DNA of 50,068 nucleotides from Holosporales bacterium (GTDB lineage Bacteria; Pseudomonadota; Alphaproteobacteria; UBA3830; JAIRMZ01): NCBI GenBank assembly GCA_031266655.1, contig JAISAP010000046.1, positions 1 to 50,068 of the forward strand, read 5' to 3'. Shown piece by piece: positions 44,187 to 50,068 of this stretch (position 1 is its first letter; each line of letters starts with the position of its first letter). The notes under the pieces were generated by a model. It saw only the letters and a program-made list of their open reading frames with translations, ran no database searches and was not told where the DNA came from. The position numbers and the translations under genes were made by a program.

Positions 44187-45518
44187 CTATCTCGACGGAT
44201 AAAGGTCTAAGGAAGCCTCTTGTAGCAGACCGGAAGTGGGTTTGTCGTCGGGAGAAACGTCCCAAGTGAGAGAGGCGAATGTCTGGCACTGTCGGCAGAA
44301 AGGCGTCCAGTCTTGCGAGAGTTGCGCGCAGCAAGAGCAGGTCCAGACGGGCCAGCTCCTGCCTGAGTGTGCCTTCTCGTCCCAGTCGAGATATTCGGAC
44401 AGATGTTCGAAATCCCCTGGGTGGAGAAGCTTGACGCTCTCCGCTGCTTTCTCCGCCACAAGACGCACAGGAAAACGCCGATAGGCATCCTCAAAGTTCT
44501 GCAGCGCCACACTCCACAGGCCCGCCTCCAGCGCAAGGTTTCCCAAACCCCAGAAAGAGAGCCACGATTCCGGGTTTTCCGAGAACAAGCTCTGGAGCAA
44601 ACGCCGTCTCTCTAGGGCTTTCTTGGAAGCACTATGATCCTTAAGCGCCTCCTCCAGGAGTGGATGAGGAGCAGCCTTCCAGGCACGTTTCAAGAGGGCA
44701 CGCCCCCGCAAACGTTGCTCGAGAGGAGACATTCCCCTAAACGCGGCAACCACCGGAACGGTGTACTCCGGAGCCTTATTTGCACAAAGCAGAAGCAAAC
44801 TCTGCTTTCGCTCCGGTGGAGCCTCTTGCGCCTCTAGGAAATAAGACAACGCCTCCCACTGTTTTGCCAAAACATTGCTCTCTCGGAGACCTTTGCGCAT
44901 GAGAGGGGCGAGAAATTCCCGCGCTTTCTCAAAATGCTTTTTCTGGAGGGCCAGTAAGAACGCTTGTTTGAGAAGCAACTCTGAGTCCTTATGCTTCTCA
45001 AGTGCCCCCTCCAGGGCGATGAGCGCGTTCTCCGCGTTTTGCTCCCTCTGCGCGATCTGGTACAGGCCGTAGGATCCCAAAAACCGCCCCTCTTCACGCG
45101 CGTTCAAAGCGTAAAAACAGCTCTGAGCGCGATGCGTCTCACCCTCTAGAGACGCGATTTTTCCATCAAACCACAGAAGAAGAGGCAGATCTTGTTCCAA
45201 GAACCTGCGCGCTCGTATGAGCTCCCGATGGGCGTTCTTGGAGTCATTCAGGAGGAGCGCCTCAAAACAGGCTTGTACCCCCGCCAAGCCCTCCTTCAAG
45301 CGCTTTTCCGGGGTAGGGACAAACCAAGCATGAATGAAGCGGTAAAGGCGGCGCCCAATATCGGCAGCAATGATCAACAGCGCCAGAAAAGCCGCTACAT
45401 GCGCAAAGGTGACGTCAAAGTGCTTGCCGTAGCCTTCGAGCGACACTGTTTCTGGGAAAAAGCTGGAGAGGATAAAGGCGGCAATGATCAGGACGGCTTT
45501 GAACAGGACAGCGTACAC
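44187..45518 (-). CDS. HemY-like TPR membrane protein with C-terminal Cys4 zinc ribbon
   Basis: ORF 44187..45728 trimmed to GTG 45518, preceded by AAGGGGGAAGG. N-terminal TM pair (VYAVLFKAVLIIAAFILS..., AAFLALLIIAADI), TPR-like body, C-terminus WTCSCCAQLSQDWTPFCRQCQTFASLTW. The longer ORF would overlap tsaD. Confidence 0.7.
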   Translation of the reverse strand: MYAVLFKAVLIIAAFILSSFFPETVSLEGYGKHFDVTFAHVAAFLALLIIAADIGRRLYRFIHAWFVPTPEKRLKEGLAGVQACFEALLLNDSKNAHRELIRARRFLEQDLPLLLWFDGKIASLEGETHRAQSCFYALNAREEGRFLGSYGLYQIAQREQNAENALIALEGALEKHKDSELLLKQAFLLALQKKHFEKAREFLAPLMRKGLRESNVLAKQWEALSYFLEAQEAPPERKQSLLLLCANKAPEYTVPVVAAFRGMSPLEQRLRGRALLKRAWKAAPHPLLEEALKDHSASKKALERRRLLQSLFSENPESWLSFWGLGNLALEAGLWSVALQNFEDAYRRFPVRLVAEKAAESVKLLHPGDFEHLSEYLDWDEKAHSGRSWPVWTCSCCAQLSQDWTPFCRQCQTFASLTWDVSPDDKPTSGLLQEASLDLYPSR

Positions 45519-45581
45519 GCCTTCCCCCTTTACAGGTTCGATCAGAGTAACGAGACTGCAGGAGGGACGCAATGGAGACGG

Positions 45582-46607
45582 ATGGTTGTTCTTGGCATAG
45601 AAACCAGTTGCGATGAGACGGCGGCGGCCCTTGTGGACGATCAGCGACGAATTCTTGCGCATGTCGTATTCTCTCAGGATCACGCTTCGTTTGGCGGGGT
45701 CGTCCCCGATATTGCCGCACGCGCGCACCTACAAAAGCTTGCGCCCCTGGTTCAGGCCGTTCTGGAAAAGGCGCCAGAAGCAGCTGCGCAGCTATCTGCC
45801 GTTGCTGTGACCACGGGTCCAGGATTAATCGGCAGCTTGTGGGTCGGTGTCAGTTTCGCCAAGGCCCTAGCGTGGAGCCTGTCCTGCCCTCTGGTGCAGG
45901 TTAATCACCTAGAGGGACATGCCTTAACCGTCCGCCTGACGCACGATGTGGCGTTTCCTTATTTGGCGTTGATCGCTTCGGGAGGGCATTGCGAGCTGGC
46001 GCTCGTTCGTGGCGTTGGGGACTGCCTCACGCTTGGCCAATCCTTAGATGACGCGGCAGGAGAGGCCTTTGACAAGGTGGCGCGCCTTCTGGGGTTTCCC
46101 TATCCCGGTGCGAAGGCGTTGGAAGCTTGTGCGCAGGCGGGAGATCCGCAGCGGTTCGCCTTTCCGCGCCCCTTAAAAGGACAGCCTGGATGCGATTTTT
46201 CTTTTGCAGGTCTGAAGACAGCCGCAAGAACCTTGTTGACGCAGCTTCCTGATTTGTCCGAGACGCTCCGTGCGGACTTCTGCGCCAGTTTTCAGCAGGC
46301 GGTGGCGGAGGTTGTGCTCGATCGCTTCCAGCACGCGTTTGAGAGTGTGCGAGATCAGCACCCTACGGCCTGTGTCTTGACAGGAGGCGTTGCGGCCAAT
46401 CAGAGAATCCGCACGGAACTCGAAGCGTTTGCCGCCTCTTGCGACCTCCCGTTCGTCGCTCCTCCCATGGAGCTCTGTACGGACAACGGCGCCATGATCG
46501 CCTGGGCGGGATTGGAGCGATACAGAAACAACTCTTACAGCACGCGCAACGTGTTTGCCTTCGCCCCGCGCCCTCGGTGGGAGCTGCAAGAGCTCTCTTG
46601 TGCGTGA
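45582..46607 (+). CDS. tsaD: tRNA N6-adenosine threonylcarbamoyltransferase TsaD
   Basis: ORF 45192..46607 trimmed to ATG 45582 (MVVLGIETSCDETAAAL...). GPGLIGSL and HLEGH motifs. The upstream 130 codons are antisense to the HemY-like gene. Confidence 0.93.
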   Translation: MVVLGIETSCDETAAALVDDQRRILAHVVFSQDHASFGGVVPDIAARAHLQKLAPLVQAVLEKAPEAAAQLSAVAVTTGPGLIGSLWVGVSFAKALAWSLSCPLVQVNHLEGHALTVRLTHDVAFPYLALIASGGHCELALVRGVGDCLTLGQSLDDAAGEAFDKVARLLGFPYPGAKALEACAQAGDPQRFAFPRPLKGQPGCDFSFAGLKTAARTLLTQLPDLSETLRADFCASFQQAVAEVVLDRFQHAFESVRDQHPTACVLTGGVAANQRIRTELEAFAASCDLPFVAPPMELCTDNGAMIAWAGLERYRNNSYSTRNVFAFAPRPRWELQELSCA

Positions 46608-48324
46608 GGTTCCCACGCCCCTCGAGGCCCTACAGTCCTTTCTCAAAGATAAAAAACTGGGAGGCATGATTCTCCCCAGGGAGGATCGCTTTCAGGGGGC
46701 CTATCTGGCTCCTCGAGACGAGCGATTGGCTTGGGCAACGGGATTTTCGGGATCGGCAGGGTGCGCCCTCATTCTCCCGAATCGGGCCGTGCTTTGCGTG
46801 GATGGACGTTACATTCTTGCCGCCTCTCGCCAAGGGTCCTCTGCCTTGGAGGTGACCGAAGAAGCGCCGGAACGCTGGCTCTGCCGTGTCCAAGCGGAGG
46901 TCGAGGGCCCGATAGGATTTGATCCTTGGCAAGTATCGCTCGCGCGGTTGCGCCGATTTCAGAAGGCTTCCCCCTCTTTGACATTTCAGCCTCTTTTGGA
47001 CAACCCCGTGGATCTTTTATGGACCACGCGCCCGCCTTTTCAAGAGCCCGCTGTGTTTCCTTACGAAGAAGCGTTCTCTGGGGCCTCCGCCTCGGACAAG
47101 GTGCAGCAAGTGTTACAGAAAATAGGAGAAGTGGGAGCGCAGGCGGCGTTTCTCACGGACTCTGCGTCCATTGCCTGGCTTTTGAACCTCCGATCCGACC
47201 TCCCCTTTTTGCCGGCCTTTCCCGCTTATGCTTTGATTCAAGAGGGCGCCCCCGTCTGCCTCTTCAGCGACATTGCATCTTGGCCGACACAGGCTCTTTT
47301 TCGCACCTATGCTCTCGCAGAAATGCGGGAGGTGTTAAGCAATTCCTCGGCCTCCACCCTCTGCATTGACCCGCAAGAAACGCCTTGCGGGGTTTGCTCT
47401 TTGCTGAAAGATCTGGGAAAAACGGTACAAGAAGCGCACAACCCCTGCCAAGCTTTGAAAGCCATCAAAAATTCTGTGGAGTTACAAGGCTTTCGGGACT
47501 GTCATGAGCGAGATGCCATCGCGCTCATCGAGTTCCTGGCTTGGCTGGAGAAAGCGGCTGTTTCCGAGCCTCTTAATGAGCAAAAAGCCGCAGAACGGCT
47601 GCAGGACTTTCGAGCGCGTGATCCTTGGTATCGTGGGCCTTCCTTCGAGACGATTTCAGCTACAGGAGCGCAGGCCGCTTTTGTGCACTACCAGACACCT
47701 CCTACAGGAGGGGCGCTTCTTAAGGCGGGAGACCTCTACCTGGTCGACTCCGGAGGGCAGTATCAGAACGGGAGCACGGATTGCACGCGCACGGTGGCGA
47801 TAGCTTCGGGGCAAAAGCCCTTTACGAAGGAGGTGTACACAGCGGTATTACAGGGGCTGATTGCAGCAACGACAACCATCTTTCCAGAGGCAGTCTCTGG
47901 AGCAGCACTCGATGCCATTGCGCGACGTCCGTTGTGGAGCCTGGGACTCGCGTACGCCCATGGAACAGGGCATGGCGTGGGGCATTATCTTGGTGTGCAT
48001 GAGCACCCGCCGAGCTTATCTGCATCCTCTTCCACTCCCTTGGAGGCAGGAATGGTTTTGTCTATTGAACCGGGATTTTACAAGCCCGATGCGTTTGGGA
48101 TACGCCTGGAGAATCTTGTAGAAGTCGTTCCCGTGCCGGATAAGCCCGGATTTCTCACGTTTTCGACGTTGACTCTCGTTCCTTTTGAGAAAACACTGAT
48201 AGCATCGCATCAGCTGACGAACGGAGAACGTGCTTGGCTTGAGGCGTATCATGCCCGGATCTGGGAGACCCTGCATACTCGCCTCTCTCCAGAAGCTCAG
48301 TTTTGGCTCAAGGCAAGGCTTTGA
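46600..48324 (+). CDS. pepP: Xaa-Pro aminopeptidase (aminopeptidase P, M24B)
   Basis: C-terminal metal ligands HGTGHGVGHYLGVHE and SIEPGFY. Start set to GTG 46600 (VREVPTPLEALQSFLKDKKLGGMILPRED) to retain the conserved N-terminal helix. ATG 46666 is an alternative. Confidence 0.85.
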   Translation: MREVPTPLEALQSFLKDKKLGGMILPREDRFQGAYLAPRDERLAWATGFSGSAGCALILPNRAVLCVDGRYILAASRQGSSALEVTEEAPERWLCRVQAEVEGPIGFDPWQVSLARLRRFQKASPSLTFQPLLDNPVDLLWTTRPPFQEPAVFPYEEAFSGASASDKVQQVLQKIGEVGAQAAFLTDSASIAWLLNLRSDLPFLPAFPAYALIQEGAPVCLFSDIASWPTQALFRTYALAEMREVLSNSSASTLCIDPQETPCGVCSLLKDLGKTVQEAHNPCQALKAIKNSVELQGFRDCHERDAIALIEFLAWLEKAAVSEPLNEQKAAERLQDFRARDPWYRGPSFETISATGAQAAFVHYQTPPTGGALLKAGDLYLVDSGGQYQNGSTDCTRTVAIASGQKPFTKEVYTAVLQGLIAATTTIFPEAVSGAALDAIARRPLWSLGLAYAHGTGHGVGHYLGVHEHPPSLSASSSTPLEAGMVLSIEPGFYKPDAFGIRLENLVEVVPVPDKPGFLTFSTLTLVPFEKTLIASHQLTNGERAWLEAYHARIWETLHTRLSPEAQFWLKARL

Positions 48325-48330
48325 TGCACG

Positions 48331-48696
48331 TTACAGAAACATGTTCCACAGCCCCTGGCTCCGATCTTCTTCAAAGGTACCAGCCTCGTGAGAACGCATC
48401 GCGTACCAAGTATGCGCCTCGTGCGCAACGAGGTCTCCCTTTTCGTACACATGAGCGGTTTCCCAAGCGCCTTTGGGCGCGAAACGAGGCGTAGGGAGCT
48501 CTACGTCCCCCAGCGTTCTCCCAGAAGGATCCAGAAAGCGTAGGCGCGTATCGTGCTGCTCTATATGCACAAGATCAGCGGGGGATGCGCGCGCGCCCTC
48601 AAGGAGGCGGAGGCGCTGGTCCAGGGACTCAAAGTTCGCGTCCACCTCTGCACTTGTCAGCGGGGAGCCTTTAAGATGTCGGTAAGTAATTCCCAT
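48331..48696 (-). CDS. hypothetical protein with CBM5/12-like C-terminal motif
   Basis: 121 aa. N-terminus GSPLTSAEVDANFESLDQRL. C-terminus PKGAWETAHVYEKGDLVAHEAHTWYAMRSHEAGTFEEDRSQGLW resembles the W..G..Y..GD.V.....Y......H......W carbohydrate-binding pattern. Confidence 0.5.
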   Translation of the reverse strand: MGITYRHLKGSPLTSAEVDANFESLDQRLRLLEGARASPADLVHIEQHDTRLRFLDPSGRTLGDVELPTPRFAPKGAWETAHVYEKGDLVAHEAHTWYAMRSHEAGTFEEDRSQGLWNMFL

Positions 48697-48711
48697 AAAA
48701 CACTCCTTTTT

Positions 48712-49623
48712 TTAACGGGTAGGGAGAAAAAGAATTTCAAGAGCGTCCTCCCAATGAGGATCTTTGAAAAATCGAACGGATTGATAGGCCTGACTTTTCT
48801 GTCCTGGTTTTTCGATGGTCAAGCGCACACGGCCCTTTGTTATGGCGTCTCCCAGGGTTTCACGCGCTTCTTCGGGCACGGTATCTACGACGTGAAGTGT
48901 GCGGCCTTCTAGCACGCTTCCTGCAAAAACATCGGCCCCTTTCCTCGTCCAATAGCTCCGTCTTGTGCACAGGATATGGGTTTGTTGACGCAGGTTAATG
49001 CACTGGAAGAAAACAGGCTCGACGTTTTCCGGAGCCACTCCGGGCTCCCAAAGCCCTCCGTAGCAGCGCAGTTGCAGGCGTTTCTCCTCTGGCGGCGATC
49101 CCACAGGGAGCATTCCATGAGGAGTTTTTACGTAACCATCTCGGATATCAGCCTCTTGCGTGACAAAAGGCTTGCGATAAAGGGTGGAGCCTTGTGCGAA
49201 GAGGATATTTTCTGGCCCCATCTCCGTTCCGCGCACGAAAAGGGCCTCTTGGTTTCCAGAAAACCACAAGCGCATGGTCCCCGCGTATTCCAGGCGAATG
49301 GCGCTCCAACGAGAGCGTCTAGCGAGCTGGCGTGTTTCGTCATCCATGCACGCAGCATCGTGGTAGAGCGGAATCGCCTGGCAAGGGATGTTGTCCTCCA
49401 AACGCTGAATGGTGGGCTGCGCCAGGATGCGCTCCGGAAGCATACGAGAGGAAACCAAGATTTTTGTTGGCCAGAGGCTGTCTTCTGTCAGGACGCCACA
49501 GGTCTTCACGCCTGCATTCCCAATGAACAGCCTCTTGCCTCGGGGCAGGGGAAGATCTTCCCAAATTTCCACCGAATAAGAAGTCGGCAAGCCACAGGCT
49601 CGAATGCCACGATCAATATGCAT
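48712..49623 (-). CDS. hypothetical protein
   Basis: 303-aa ORF with no recognisable motifs. Lies 15 nt upstream of, and co-oriented with, the 48331 gene. Confidence 0.5.
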   Translation of the reverse strand: MHIDRGIRACGLPTSYSVEIWEDLPLPRGKRLFIGNAGVKTCGVLTEDSLWPTKILVSSRMLPERILAQPTIQRLEDNIPCQAIPLYHDAACMDDETRQLARRSRWSAIRLEYAGTMRLWFSGNQEALFVRGTEMGPENILFAQGSTLYRKPFVTQEADIRDGYVKTPHGMLPVGSPPEEKRLQLRCYGGLWEPGVAPENVEPVFFQCINLRQQTHILCTRRSYWTRKGADVFAGSVLEGRTLHVVDTVPEEARETLGDAITKGRVRLTIEKPGQKSQAYQSVRFFKDPHWEDALEILFLPTR

Positions 49624-49877
49624 AGGTTAACTCATGTGCTTATGGGGTCCTCCCCGGATCTGCGACCCAAGAGGAAGTTGGGGAAACAAACGGAACGAGA
49701 AAACTCTCGACAAAGGGGAACATAACATATCACGACATAAAAAGGAGAATTTTAGAGAAAAAGGAACGATGCGGCAGAGTATTAGGGAGCGGAATGCGTG
49801 GACCGGCTCCGTCCTGGACGTTCCGGAGGAAAGTTTCTACAATCGCGCACGAGATCTTGTAAAAGGATTCAAGCGGG

Positions 49878-50068
49878 ATGAAAGTATTGAAAGATGCGTT
49901 GTACAAGACCTGCAGCCGCATGCCTGAGTCTTGGAGGGTCGCCCTGGCACGTGCTGCTGCACTGATGTACGACAGAGTCACGTGTTATTCGCCAGGTAAG
50001 GTGTTTCTTTTGATCTCCGAGCATTACCGGAACGGGCTACTAGCAGACGATTTCCGTTTTGGAAAGGC
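49878..50068 (+). CDS. possible partial ORF running off the right edge
   Basis: Manual translation from ATG 49878 gives MKVLKDALYKTCSRMPESWRVALARAAALMYDRVTCYSPGKVFLLISEHYRNGLLADDFRFGK..., open to the window end. No motif recognised. Confidence 0.25.
   Translation, partial: MKVLKDALYKTCSRMPESWRVALARAAALMYDRVTCYSPGKVFLLISEHYRNGLLADDFRFGK

Noticed and set aside
45192-45728. N-terminal extensions of ORFs 45192..46607 (tsaD) and 44187..45728 (HemY-like) that overlap each other head-to-head
   Set aside because: The TsaD homology starts at MVVLGIETSCDET (ATG 45582). The HemY-like TM region starts at a GTG (45518) preceded by AAGGGGGAAGG. The extensions are mutually antisense and have no conserved features.
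49634-49981. ORFs 49634..49927 (+) and 49730..49981 (-) near the right edge
   Set aside because: They are short, mutually overlapping, and lack motifs or ribosome-binding sites. The region is more likely intergenic/promoter DNA between the 48712 gene and the partial ORF starting at 49878.

Overview
This window looks like a chromosomal segment of an alphaproteobacterium, possibly host-associated. Lineage markers are a ChpT-type histidine phosphotransferase, a DUF2948 gene overlapping the murA stop, a FYDLN_acid zinc-ribbon protein, a HemY-like TPR protein with a C-terminal Cys4 ribbon, and tRNA-Trp-secE-nusG. Core genes: recN-ligA, chpT-like, rsmB, a small sensor-less histidine kinase, secE/nusG, a YerC/TrpR-like regulator with a 3-gene ABC importer, murA, clpX-lon-ymdB-like, a PAS-only membrane protein, tsaD, pepP, and four tRNAs that all encode CCA. 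Four accessory blocks are interleaved with this backbone. (i) Ten paralogous genes for secreted BspA-type Cys-containing leucine-rich-repeat proteins lie between bases 1 and 21944. One is partial at the left edge and missing from the ORF track. Three are frameshifted. Many of the units share a fixed-geometry promoter/leader/signal-peptide 5' cassette, and some share a conserved 3' cassette; two poly-C tracts, mosaic N-domains and an internal 4 x 141-bp expansion are also present. (ii) Five minus-strand genes (28231-33123) encode secreted low-complexity proteins. Three are His-rich paralogues with a strict (H-x3-A-x2) x 8 heptad array. I do not recognise this family and rate it the most novel signal. 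(iii) Three tandem membrane-anchored GT25 glycosyltransferase paralogues are translationally coupled to murA. (iv) A decayed 706-bp IS1595-like element is inserted in a CheR-like methyltransferase pseudogene. The 'M' at ORF-track starts is often TTG or GTG, so several starts were re-set by paralogue alignment and Shine-Dalgarno position. All family assignments come from motif recognition by eye. No searches were run.
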